Shown one piece after another: positions 25,659 through 39,217 of a DNA stretch of 64,000 nt (positions are counted from its first letter, which is position 1; every line of letters starts with the position of its first letter). The DNA is from Eledone cirrhosa. Taxonomy: Eukaryota. The stretch is taken from positions 116,188,001-116,252,000 of the forward strand of contig OZ024745.1 of the NCBI GenBank assembly GCA_964016885.1, read 5' to 3'. The notes below the pieces were generated by a model. The model did not search any database, was not told the DNA's origin, and was given only the letters and a program-made list of their open reading frames with translations. Made by a program: the position numbers and the translations under genes.

Positions 25659-26236
25659 ATAGATAGATAGATACATATATAGATATCTTTCAATTTCTTC
25701 CTCGTCGCTCTTGTCCTCCATTGATATCTCCTTTCTGTTATACAGTAACATTATCACAAGATTATTACAAGATTGTTAATTTTCTCTCTCAATCTCAGAC
25801 CTCTATCTACATAGAAAGATCTATTAACGCGATGATTAAAAAACTTCTTTTCACTTACACACAATATAGCAGAATATATTAATCTTAGTATTTCTTCATT
25901 CTACCATAATTATTAAATATATTACTCTCTTTCTCATTTCTGTCAGCTTTAACATTCACATATATTATATCGTTTCTTTTTACTTTCAATTTCCATCTAC
26001 TTTTGTTTAACATTATTTACACGTCAGTAATCTGGAAAATTAACCGTCTATCTTCTACATTATGAAAGTTGGCTGTAATTCTACAAGCATCTCGTTACAC
26101 AAGCAACACTAGAGAAATGACAGTTATATTTGTATGTGGCAGTGATGAGAATGGAAAGAATACATAAACACAGAATACACTAGCTAGACAATCGCCACTA
26201 GCTACCTGAAAACATGTATGTGTGTGTATAATATGT

Positions 26237-26277
<41 letters not shown>

Positions 26278-26279
26278 AA

Positions 26280-26500
26280 AGTTTTATTTAAAATTGTTGG
26301 GTTACAACAAGTAAATATTTTATAACTGATATAAAGCACTCAACAAGTTTTGGAGTAGATATACGATATTAAACAAATGGAAACTATATTTATAAAACCA
26401 TATTTATTTCATTATACATATTTCAGGGATACCATATTAAAAATATGGCATGCCTTCTTCAGATAAAATACAATATATAAGCAGTTTTATAAATAAATTT
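26280..26500 (-). mobile_element. HHR-bearing pLTR-like module (tattttat family)
   Basis: Same order of motifs as 31490-31740 and 38385-38595: ttgtattttatctga.ga ... gaaa ... atttcca.tt ... actcca ... gttgagtgct ... atcagttata. Confidence 0.8.
26405..26470 (-). ncRNA. Hammerhead ribozyme motif, core intact
   Basis: tattttat-CTGAAGA-aggcatgccatatt ttt aatatggtatccct-GAAA-tatgta-TA-atgaaata. Confidence 0.8.
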
Positions 26501-27054
26501 GACGTACCATGAATATTGATCAACTTCCATATATATACAGTGTGAGTAGTACGTTGAAATACTGGTGTTGGTACCAAATCACGCACTCTATGCACAGCAG
26601 AATATATATAACAGAAAAAACGAGGAATTTTCGTTTACATATGAAACATCTTTATTGCGTATCGACCTGTTAAGTGTGTTTCGCAGGGGATTGGCTCACG
26701 GTCGCCCACATAAGTTATGGACCGGACTCCAAAGCGGACCCTCCTGGCCACGACAACAAACAGGCCATGGTTCAACTAGCCACGGTGGACACTCTGGCAA
26801 CGGTTGCCCTCCTACGGACCATATACACGTTCGCACCGAGAACCACGCCGACAATGACGACCACAACTTTACTCCCGCAGCCCGTACCAACACCACAACC
26901 AGCCTTGATAACAACAACAATGCCCGCATTCAGACCGGAAGAACCAACAAAGCGTCAGGTTCCCACCTCCGATTACCTGTTTTGTCGCCTCACGGACACA
27001 GAAGGAACCTGGGGTATGAGTGCCAAACCCTTAGACCACATTCGACCCTGCAAT

Positions 27055-27790
27055 CAACATCCCGGGAATATTCTTCAGGGCCCTTGACCAGTATTTCGTC
27101 CCAACACATAGATACCATCAGATCTTCAACAGGCAGACGGGCAAGTTCCCTTCTCAATAACACCGAACGTTGAGAGCTTCATAATGGCCATAAACCTGAA
27201 AAAGATCGGGAAATTCACCACCCATGATAGCCCTGACACTGCACCTAACCAACAACTCCGGGTTGCAAGCGAATATGACAGTCCCAACCATCTGACGAGT
27301 AATGACCCACCAAACCACGCAGAGCCCTTCCTCAAACCCGCACCACTGAGCTGCCAGACACCAGCGACCCATGAATCGAAAGTGCAACTGCAGATCCGAT
27401 ACAGTGTGTCCGCTTCGAAACAACTGTTTGTCCTCCCGTATCGTATACAGATGCACCATGTAGAATACAGTAGAAAATATGTATACATAAGTGCAACCGA
27501 CAGATATTTTAAATCCCGTTTCTACCACCATGCATGCTCCTTCAGGCATCGGAATAAAAGATCGCAAACCAGTCTATCTGAGCAGATATGTCGGCTAAGG
27601 ACGCTAACATCACCTTTAGAACAGAATGGGACGTCATAAGAATGGTAACTTCGCTCCACCTAGAAGGATGACACTGCTGGTTATGCTTCGCGGAAGCAGA
27701 GCAAATAATAAAACTGAAAAAGAAAACACGGTATAAACGCGCGAGACCTGAAATCGTCAGGAAACTGTTTGCACCAGCGTGCCCACCAGT
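27055..27790 (+). mobile_element. Penelope-like element ORF remnant (linker plus GIY-YIG endonuclease)
   Basis: FFRALDQYFVPTHRYHQIFNRQT; CNCRSDTVCPLRNNCLSSRIVYRC; YVYISATDRYFKSRFYHHACSFRHRNKRSQTSLS. Confidence 0.85.
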
Positions 27791-27844
27791 TCAACAGGTA
27801 CGTGGACGAGCAGATCCTAAGGAATACCAAGTAATTTACAGCCA

Positions 27845-28115
27845 TAGAGTTCTTCAAGCGTCTGGAGCCATTCCTGGGAACGTCTCGCTCCTTAGTGTTA
27901 GCGGGGGACTGGAATGTCATCTTAGACCCACGTTGGGACTATGTAGGAGCTTGCGATAATAGAGGGGGCGTAATAGCCTCAAAAATCTCATCAGCCAATT
28001 CCAACTGACAGATAGATATCGACTAGACTTCCCAAGTGCACCACTGTGGACGTGGAGCAAACAACGCACTGGGTCTTCTAGATCGTATTTAGAGAGATTT
28101 CTAATTAGACAGAAT
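27845..28115 (+). mobile_element. Tx1-type APE endonuclease fragment, paralogous to 25430-25658
   Basis: FFKRLEPFLGTSRSLVLAGDWNVILDPRWDYVGA; DRYRLDFPSAPLWTWS; SSRSYL. Confidence 0.85.
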
Positions 28116-28801
28116 GCTAAGGAAACAGATGCAAACTAATTAACACTAATACATACGCACACACATACAGACATACAAACACCCACACGTATGCCCACTC
28201 ATGGACTCATACCCACACGCACAAGCATAAGTACACGAAAAAGGGGATCTCACATATAATACAGAAACACAGGCACATAAATCTACGCAAGCACAACAAC
28301 ACCTGTACAAATAACCACACACGTTTATCATCTGATACACACCCACGCATATTCTCTAAGTCACATGCTTCATTCCCTATGTTTTTTTTAACTATATATA
28401 TTATAGTTAAAACAGAAAACAAAAACAAAGCGAAGAGGCAGTACACAGTGTTAATATTAGGTTCACGCTTGAGAGTGATGGGTGGGGTGGGGGACGACGT
28501 TTCGGGCCTTTCATCGGGAGAAAAAAAAAGATAGATAGATAGATAGATAGAGAGACGAAGGGGTGGGGTGGGGTGATAAAGTGTGTGTGAGGGAGAGAAT
28601 GAAATAGATATGGTGAGTAGATAAAGGGCGACTGAAAAGAAAGATTTTAAGAATATATCAATAATTATTTATAAATATATCCTTTAAATCGTAAATAAAA
28701 AAAAATGTGTGTATATATATATATATATATATGCATATGTATAAATATATATGTGTAATGAAATATATATATATATATATTTCTTTATACATATATATGT
28801 A

Positions 28802-28870
<69 letters not shown>

Positions 28871-29426
28871 GTGTATGCATATCGATCCATACAAATATGC
28901 ATGCATGCCTATATACAAACATGTACGCACACATACATACATTAAGAGGTTAAAAAGCTCACGTAACTTTTTTTCCTTTGTTTGCCGGAAAGCTAAGTTA
29001 CTCGAACTCACATTCTTACACACACACTTACCAGCACAAACACTAACACACACATACACACACACAAACGCGCGCGCACATAGACACACACATGCACACA
29101 ATCACACACATCCACATATACACATACTGACATACAGACGAACGCAAACACACACGCACACACCCATTCTCTCTCTCTCTCTCTCTCTCTCTCTTTCAAA
29201 GCTTCATTCTCTCTTTTTTTATCATTCTCTCTTTCAGATACCCCATGCTCACGTGCTTATTTCCTCTCTCTTTATCTGTGTTTGTCTGTCTTCCTCTATC
29301 TGTTTCTCTGTTGTATCATCTCACATAAGCTCCCTAAAGCTGATTTTTTGTTAATTTACCTCACTATTTTTCTATACTTAGCTATCTACCTATTCAATGT
29401 TGCCAGTCTTTCGTTTTGTCTGTCTG

Positions 29427-29660
<234 letters not shown>

Positions 29661-29866
29661 CCTGACACGTGGAACATCGCTGGTAAGCTTTTTTGTAAAT
29701 TTCTATACAAAAAGCTGAACTAATTGTTTGAAAAAACATATCATTATATAGATTAACCTCCAAGCTGAATTGTCAGCTGGGTGGTAATCCCATTATTCGC
29801 CCTCTAGCGGCGAAAATTTAATTTAAAAATTGTTTTTAAAAAATCAAATTTCGCCGACTATAAAAC

Positions 29867-31245
29867 ATGAATAACTCGGAAAGAACGCCGGAGAACGTTA
29901 ACAGAGAGAAGAGAGGTAGAAAGGCAGATATTAAGCTTATATCTGCTTCTGCCACAATAGACGTCGTCATGGTTACGACTGTGAACAAAGAAAAAAAATA
30001 TTGTCACTTGAACATTTTAAAATTTCTACCGTCGAAGCGGAGAAAAATAACACACAACATACACAAAAAAACACAGCAATTAAACCTATTAATATACATA
30101 CACATGAAATAGCCAACAACAACAACTCCATAGATACAACTACAGATAAAGTTTCTCCTCGTCAAGAAATTGCGATTTCTAACACCGAGGCTGACGAAGA
30201 CAACAACAAAAACAACAACAGCAACACCACAAAACAAATGTCTTTCTTCGCTGAAACAGTGAATAAAAAACAAGATTTTATAAATCTTGACATCTCCAAT
30301 GCAAGGGATATGCCCCATCAAGGGAGAAAATGTGTAACTTTCGAAGACAAGGATGGGTTTAGAATCAACTCACCCCTCGAAATAAAAGACGAGACGGTTC
30401 GAAGGACAGTGACCTTCAGGACTGTCTCAAACACAACGAGAAAGCCAGTATTTGTGAGTCAAGGAGACATAGAAGCCACCTTGAAGGAGACTCTAGCAAA
30501 TATTGACTTTCTTCAACGAGGAAGACAGTACGGAAGTATTTCCGTACTGTTTAAAAGCGAGGCACTCGCCCAAAAACATTCTGTGACACCAATGGTGTCA
30601 AAAGCATTCACCTTTTTCCCTACGAACATGGGGAAAAAGGACACAAAAAATAAAAATTAAAAATATACCACCAAACATTAACATCTGGTGTATCTTGGCT
30701 GGCTTTGTGGAGCCAGAGACTGATGCTATTCGTTCGATACGGAAGTATATTAGACAAAGGTGGGTGGGTACTGATTTGGAGATTCTGATTCAGATGTGGC
30801 CCGAGAGAATCTCCAAATACCCGAAAAATTCGTCATCGTCTACAACAAAATAAACATTTCGGTGGAGGGATATAAACCTCATTGCTTTCGCTGTGGTAGC
30901 ACAACACACCTAAAGGCCTCTTGTCCTTCACAAACACACCACAAGATCATTACAAAAACACTATTACCAACACCAACACCAAAACAACCACCACCACAAG
31001 TACAACATCAGACGAAACGAGCAAACACACCAAAACAAATATACACTCAACCAACAACAACAGAAAAAAGACAGACAACACCTCTGAAGAACACAACCAA
31101 ACTCCATCCCACCCCATCAAACATTACCACAAACGCACACACCGAAACACCATCACCACACAACATTCCCTTACCCCACACTCCTGACGATGATCAATCA
31201 TCGACGGATGAGGCTGCTTCTCCTTCTTTAAGTGAAAAAGAATAA
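29867..31245 (+). pseudogene. LINE ORF1 / gag-like protein with CCHC zinc knuckle, frameshifted
   Basis: ORFs 29867-30112, 30001-30660 and 30796-31245 join through A-run frameshifts; KIKIKNIPP motif and VEGYKPHCFRCGSTTHLKASCP (CX2CX4HX4C). Confidence 0.8.
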
Positions 31246-31489
31246 GAACTTCAGAAATAAAAACAAAACAAAAAAAAGACACCGCAAAACCCCCAAAAGT
31301 CCAATCACCAGCACCAACACACAACCACAGACAAAAACAACAACACAAACAACACCACAACAATACAAACACTAACACCACCCCAAACACAAAAAAGAAA
31401 ACTCACAGACGTACAACAAACTAAAACAACACAACCAAAACAAAAACAACAATATACATACATCAACACCAACAATAAAAATGTCTTTA

Positions 31490-31740
31490 TTTATTTATAA
31501 AACACATTTTGTATTTTATTTATAAAACAAATTTTGTATTTTATCTGATGAAAGCGCACCAAGGTTGGTTTGGTTGCCCTTGAAGTATATATAATAAAAT
31601 AAATATGATTTTATAAATTTAGTTTCCATTTATTTAATATCATGGAATATTTACTCCAGTTAACTGTTGAGTGCTCTAAATCAGTTATAAACATTTACGT
31701 TTGTCGGAATTCCAACAAATTAAATACAACTTCTACACAC
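31490..31740 (+). mobile_element. HHR-bearing pLTR-like module; HHR at 31537-31601 has GAAA changed to GAAG
   Basis: tattttat-CTGATGA-aagcgcacca..tggttgccctt-GAAG-tatata-TA-ataaaata, then family tail, ending at (TA)n. Confidence 0.75.
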
Positions 31741-32651
31741 ATATATATATATATATATATGCTTGTATGTATAATTTGATATGGTATAAATCAGTTACAT
31801 TAAAACCTTTTATCATTTTGTTATTCTCATCGGTCATGCGGCTTGTACAGCAATTTTGCTTCATTTTTTACATACATATATTGTATCTGCATTCTTATCC
31901 CTCTGGTATTATATCTTATGCACTTTTACAATGACGACCTCTGATTGATGGAGTTATAAAGTCCATTTGACCTACACTCGAAAGGCAAATGTAAATGTAC
32001 TTTGGTTCCTCTTTTCAATTTCTTAATACTTCGATGTTTATATATATCATTAAATGAAATATTCATCGTTTCTAGAGAACCTGGCATATATGTATTTAAC
32101 CACATATTTTCTAGCGTCTGTATCACATTTTTCTTGTTGGTATCTTGAAATTCAGTGATTCTTAAATAGTTTTGTGAATTTTCCTTTTCCACTTCCTCCC
32201 TAACGTTTTTGATTTTCTTACCGTAACATTTTTAATCAAGTCCAGTCCTGTTTAGTATCTCAAATAATGATGTTAATATTAGGCAAAGAGTTGTGTTGAA
32301 AGGAAGTCCCCTCAAAACATTCTTCTGTTAATTGGGAGGGACTCAGTTTTTATAATTCCACTTTTCTTTTCTTTCTGCCATTTACTTATGATATGATTGA
32401 CCAACGTGTATGGTGTTGGTACTACTGTTTACAGTATCCACATATAGGGAACACTATCAGAAGTCTTCTGTTAATTAGTCCAACCCCTGCTGAGGTATTG
32501 CTTTCTATTTCTGCAGTTATCTATTACGCCTCCCGTGGTTAGTAATTGGTCTTTCAGCTCTTCTGGAAACAGCCATTTTTTCCCAAAGTTCTTCATCGAT
32601 TTTTACGATATGATTGCAATTAAGAACTTGTAGTGTGTAGGATGGTATGCT

Positions 32652-32843
32652 ATGGGTTAGCAGTATCGGTAGAGGGTCGGACGCCGTGCTTTGCAGCATA
32701 GAGTTACGGCCCTTTATGATCTGAGTTCAAATCCCGCTGAGGGCAACTTTGCCTTTCATCCTTACGGCGTCGATAAAATAAAGTACCTTTAACGCACTGC
32801 GGTAACTGCTGGCCTTGTGCCAAAAGTAGAAACACTTATTATT
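32652..32843 (+). mobile_element. SINE family A
   Basis: Head-core-tail match. Confidence 0.85.
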
Positions 32844-32917
32844 GTTACTTTCTTGGAGTTGTTACCAGTTGAATGTATTTTGGCACAATATTGGTCCTTG
32901 GTAAAATACCAGTAATA

Positions 32918-33168
32918 TAATTGTTTCTACATTTGGCACAAGGCCAGCAAATACCCAGTACATTACTGGTACTTTATTTTATCGACCCCGTAAGGATGAA
33001 AGGCAAAGTCAACCTCGGCGGGATTTGAACTCAGATCCCTTTACGATCTGAGTTCAAATCCCGCCGAGGTTGACTTTGCCTTTCATCCTTACGGGGTCGA
33101 TAAAATAAAGTACCAGTAATGCACTGGGTAATTGCTGGCCTTGTGCCTAAAGTAGAAACAATTATTAT
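32918..33168. mobile_element. Head-to-head palindrome of two truncated family A SINE halves
   Basis: About 117-bp arms around loop cctttac; inner arm portion identical. Confidence 0.92.
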
Positions 33169-33543
33169 ATTTATTTGTAAATATCATATTTGTGCCATTA
33201 ACATATATACATATTCCGTTGCCTTCAGAGTGTTAAAGACTGAGCTGTATTTTATGGCTAACTATATAAAACAAACTGAGAATGATAAGTGTGAGTAATC
33301 TCAATAAAACGAAACATCCCTGACACAGGATAACATTACCTCCATTGACTTACTTTAAACTACACCTAATAAACGTCGTATGTGATCAGAAGCCATCACT
33401 CACAATAAACCATAATTATATACACTTACGTTGCTCATACCAGCATCCCAACTGAACAACCGCCTCTATATAATACTTATACACAGTAGTGTATTATAAT
33501 ATAGACATTCAGAATACCACACGCACTATCTGTTGAAACTATG

Positions 33544-33547
<4 letters not shown>

Positions 33548-33630
<83 letters not shown>

Positions 33631-33633
33631 ACA

Positions 33634-33670
<37 letters not shown>
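33548..33670. repeat. (CA)n microsatellite
   Basis: Direct reading. Confidence 0.95.
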
Positions 33671-33673
<3 letters not shown>

Positions 33674-34979
33674 AGGATAGAACAAAGGAGAGACGCAATA
33701 TAAGAAATGAGCCACCGAGGAAGTCATAGAAAGGACTAGGCTAGTTAAGTTGTTAACAAGGCTAGTTAAGTCAATTTATTAATGGAACGGTAAAAATATG
33801 TAAAACATTTCAGGCATCCAGCAGCATGTAAGTACTACGTATACACACCTACAGATATTGAATAGCATGGACTAGCATCCATATCTAAATACACATATAC
33901 AAGCACACCCAAAGACACACACAAAGACGTACATACATAGTATTTATATATTTGATGTCTGAATGAAAGTGTCTTCGTTGCTATGTTAGAGATTGGTTCT
34001 CTATTATAAGATAATAAAATCAGAAGAATGTGCATACATTCCCGCCAGTGCACATATATATATATATATATATATATATCATAACTGTTCATCCTAAATC
34101 AACAAACTCTGGGACATGACGTGGCATGAGAAGAAGAAAACAAACAACACAATTTAATAATAGTAATCGCCGCAAATTTCAAGAATTAAACGTGGCTGTT
34201 ACATTACTAGTGTATATCTATCAATCTGTAGGTGTCTTTCATAATATAATAAAGGGAGGAGTGTGGGACTGCGTCCTGAATATATATTTTTTACCCCGTT
34301 TGTAAAATAAGTTGGATTACTTTGAATAAATAATGAATGAATATTACATAATTTATGTACTAAATTTTGTAACTCTTGATTAAATATATAAATAATTTTA
34401 TTGCTTATTTCAAGATTCACTTCTTTTTAAATTTTCAAATGTCAATACTTCCTGTTATGATATAATGGACGCTATATCACATTGCTTATATTTTCGTCGC
34501 TAATTTTCTCCTTTTTCGTTTTTATAAGATGTTGCCATGATGCAGTTTATATATAATAAGTTCTTTTTTAAATGTATCATGGATTACTTTACTGATTACA
34601 GAGGACATGGTAACACAGTCTCTCTTCAATTTCTGTACATGTTCTCAATTATGGTTTTATTTGACGTATCATATCTACATGCTAGCAAAAAACCGTCCGA
34701 GGGTGGTTTTCTGCTAGTGTTAGTAATGCTATAACTATTGAAAGAGATGAAAGGGTTAAACAATTACTATTTGGCTCCTTTACTAGTTAAGGTCAACGGA
34801 TTGTTGGTATGCTGTTTCACTGCCTTGGTTTAGTTAATAACATCGCCCCCGGCACTCACCAACAATCAAGTCTGGCACCCCATCGATCTCTGCCAATATG
34901 CCAAGTTACGTGACATGAACACAGATTCAAACGTAAAGAGAGACACAGTTAGAGATACATACACACAAACACAAATACA

Positions 34980-35110
34980 CTCACATATGGCAGGTCTGTC
35001 TAGTTTCCTTATACCAAATTCCACAAACAAGGTATTGGTCAACACTGGACTATAGAATGAGGCACATTACAAAGGTACCTCGAGCGGAACTGAATCCAAC
35101 AAATTAGTCA
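34980..35110 (-). mobile_element. Degenerate SINE of another family
   Basis: agtttcc..taccaaattccacaaacaagg..ttggtc..ctatag..ggaactgaatcc resembles an octopod SINE from memory. Confidence 0.4.
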
Positions 35111-36049
35111 TGACTATACACAAAATATATCTTTCGTAAGAGAATTAACAGGTAAACTGTTGGCCAGAATCAAATATCATATCATATTATTAACAAGACA
35201 CCCACTGATAATCTATGGAACGACATCGGAGACATAATTTATTATATAAGTAATATAGTATATATATTATTCGTAATAGATTTGCCAGGGAAATGGATAA
35301 ATTGAATCAAGCAAGATTTTTTATATATAATCTTTTAGAATTCACAACAGAGTTGGGTAGTGGCTGCATTTCGCTTCAATGGAACTGTGGGCTGAAGTCT
35401 AGTTACAGTGATTATTCCCTCACATGTTAATTGAGGTAGTTGTACGAATAGCAGAATACTATTGTACGTATACTTTTGTTATCAATGTATACTAGAAATC
35501 TTAATTTAGAATAGATGACAAATTTATAAAAAGAATATATTTTCAAAACTGCTCGTAAGAGTGCAGCTTCAGTAATAACATGGGGGGTTTTTACATACTC
35601 TCGTAAAAAACACCTCCAAAATTATATAATTTCAGAAGATATGGTATGTTTCGTTGTTTTCGTATAGTTTTCAAAATTTCCGTTCAAAATTACCACATAT
35701 CCCTTCTAAACTATCAGCCTGAAATAGCAATAACTATATAGTATAACATACTATAACACTCGCATCAAATCAATTCATACAGAAAAAATACATCAACTTT
35801 AATTCACTCCCTTTAAATCCCTACCTCATAAATAAGAATGTCATAATAACACCTCTGTTGAAATCAGAGCGCCATAAAACCACTTTGTATCGCATCTTAT
35901 GGCATCCTTAAATTTCCATTAAACAACTACCTCCAAATATCATTTATAGCATGACATCTGATTCCCAACCACTCAACCAAGACTGCTACACACCCACTCC
36001 ATGAAGTAAAATAACAACTTTTACTTCCATTAACCCACGCGCTAACTTC

Positions 36050-36811
<762 letters not shown>

Positions 36812-36885
36812 ATAGAGAGAAGAAAAGACGAAAGAGTATGTTTTGAATTACAGGGAGTAGAAGGCCACTAGTGTATACATATATA

Positions 36886-36988
36886 CGGGGTGTCCCAAAA
36901 ATATATACACACATTGATTTGATTACCTGTATAGGCAATATTCATTAGAATGATTTTGAAGTATGTGTACAATTTTTGGGCCACCCTG
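36886..36988. mobile_element. Tc1/mariner-type MITE
   Basis: TIRs cggggtgtcccaaaaat / atttttgggccaccctg flanked by TA on both sides. Confidence 0.75.
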
Positions 36989-37014
36989 TATACATACAAC
37001 TATGTGCGTATGGT

Positions 37015-37340
37015 CTCGTAACTCCTGATATAGTCGTAGGGGCGCCATATTGAGATACGGCGTTTCTTGGCCATTTTAAGCCTGGTGGAGCCCATCCCTT
37101 TCCAGGTCTGAGTACAGCAGATTTCTTCCAGAGAACGATAGGAAGTGAGAGATGAAATGAGAAAGAGATATAGAGGAAGAATTGACCTCAGTACTAGACT
37201 GGTCCTTTTTTTTTATATACTTCGAAGGATGAAAGGCAAAGGCGACCTAGGCGAGATTTGAACTCAGAGAGCAGAGCACCGGAACGAATACCATAAAGCA
37301 TTCTATCCGACATTCTAACGACTGTGACAATACGTTACCT
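37015..37340 (-). mobile_element. Older SINE with family A-like head/core and a different tail
   Basis: aaggatgaaaggcaaag..gatttgaactcaga core; tail homologous to 63448-63735. Confidence 0.7.
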
Positions 37341-38384
37341 ATATACATCTAAAGCAACAACAAATAAAATGTTATGTGTTAGTCGCGCCAAATTAAGCAT
37401 GTTTTCATAAATCCTCAATCGAAAATTAACTATGATAAAATCTATAGTGTGATAAATTCCCTCCTTATTACACATTCCATGTACGTTGACCATATTGTAC
37501 TAAAAGCCGTATAATTTCTTTTTTGCTCAGCAGCCACCAAAGATAAACTATATTCAATAAATCACCAGGTATCTTCTATTATACTAAACCATTACATCTA
37601 GAAAGCATTATGTGAAGTATAAAATGGAAATTCTCCACTCAGTGTTGAAAGCACCACATCCATAAATCAAATATGTTTAAGCATAGCATTACATCTCCTT
37701 TCTGCCTTTATAACGTAAGCTTTTTTGAATCACTACACAGATTATGATATCCTGCTATTTCACTCTCACTATAACTCTCTCCGTATAACTAATGGCTATA
37801 GTATATTATAGCATCCTATTTTTGCAGTAAATCTTACTCTCCTTATTTGTAAACCTTAAAACTTCAATTCATGTTAATATACCATACATTCTTCCCATCT
37901 ATTAGCCATATTTATTTATCTGTATTTTTAAACATATATGTCTCTCTCAATTATCTCTTACACTATCTATATATGCCACGCAAAACATTTCCTTTCAACT
38001 GCGATAGATTGACGATATTATCGCCCGAAGATATACCAATCGAGTAGGGACACAGCTTAATGAAAAAATAGAAGATTATTTGGAAGCAGTTTTATTGGCA
38101 GAGGGCGTTATCTCTTCCACTTGGCAGATTATTTATATTATCGTTATATTGAATATCGTATTAAATCAGAAAAGGTATTTAAACAATATACAGTATATGA
38201 AGAGAAGTGTATAAAAATACTTACAGCACCTCCGTTACTCTGCCATGTACCGTTAACTATGGTACTAAATAATATAATCACATACCCACACACACACACC
38301 ACACACACACACATATATATATATATACATATATAGTGTAAGCTGAAGATGAAGGCTTATGTTTCTTGGCTATGTCACTATCTT

Positions 38385-38591
38385 ATACATAAAACATTGT
38401 ATTTTATCTGATGAAAGCCTACTATAAATTGGTATCCTTGAAATTCGTATGATAAAATATATGATTCTATAGTGATATTTCCATTTATTACTTTATTACT
38501 ATTAATAATATTATAATACTCCAGAAAAAATTACTTGTAGAGTGCTTCATATCGGTTATGAACATAACTCTGTTGAATATTCATCAACAAA

Positions 38592-38595
<4 letters not shown>
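38385..38595 (+). mobile_element. HHR-bearing pLTR-like module; HHR at 38400-38459 has a non-cleavable AUG triplet
   Basis: tattttat-CTGATGA-aagcctacta taaat tggtatcctt-GAAA-ttcgta-TG-ataaaata, then family tail, ending at (TA)n. Confidence 0.75.
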
Positions 38596-38633
<38 letters not shown>

Positions 38634-38665
38634 AGAAATTAAAAGATGGTTAAAAAAGTACCATA

Positions 38666-38734
38666 TATTTTATTATGCGCATTTCGAAAACAACATCATC
38701 CTGGGACCGAAATTGTGTTCTCATCAGATAAAAT
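38666..38734 (-). ncRNA. Hammerhead ribozyme motif, core intact
   Basis: attttat-CTGATGA-gaacacaat...gttgttttc-GAAA-tgcgca-TA-ataaaat; G-C closes stem II; palindromic ATGCGCAT stem/loop III. Confidence 0.85.
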
Positions 38735-38810
38735 TAAGTAAAAACACTTGTCAACAGGAAAGTGGACTTTCCTGTTGACAAGTGTTTTTAGGCCTCATAT
38801 CATGTTACCT

Positions 38811-38877
38811 TATTTTATCTGATGAGAACACGATTTTTGTCCCAGGATGATGTTTTTGAAATGCGCATAATAAAATA
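38811..38877 (+). ncRNA. Hammerhead ribozyme motif
   Basis: tattttat-CTGATGA-gaacac...gttttt-GAAA-tgcgca-TA-ataaaata. Confidence 0.8.
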
Positions 38878-39000
38878 TATGGAACTTTTTAAACCCTCTT
38901 TAATTTCTTCTTTAATATATACTCCAGTTCTATCAACTGTTGACTGCTACTTATCTGATATATGCATAGTTTTATTGTTCTACAATATTACACACCTTCT

Positions 39001-39153
<153 letters not shown>

Positions 39154-39217
39154 CAGGGTGCCGGCCTGTCAAAGATAGCCTTATTAGAGGAGAGGTTTGA
39201 GATTCTAGTACTCATAT

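Larger units (their letters stand above)
38623..39000. mobile_element. Palindromic double-HHR pLTR-like module between (TA)n tracts
   Basis: 38623-38734 is reverse-complementary to 38811-38918; perfect 25-bp inner hairpin at 38739-38790. Confidence 0.88.

Noticed and set aside
26565-27087. 202-aa and 137-aa ORFs
   Set aside because: Low-complexity T/P-rich with no motif; probably TE-derived sequence upstream of the Penelope remnant.
28455-28520. HHR-like ccgatga-aaggccc-gaaacgtc on minus strand
   Set aside because: Core is mutated and no stem I pairing is visible; at best a decayed pLTR related to 9480-9520.
31926-32640. Possible host exon(s) on minus strand
   Set aside because: Short frames with stops and no recognisable domain; a CxxC fragment suggests an old LINE C-terminus, but I cannot support it.
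37035-37048. CTCF-like gtagggggcgcc (also near 63462)
   Set aside because: Lacks the CC start of the core and lies in a SINE tail; too weak.
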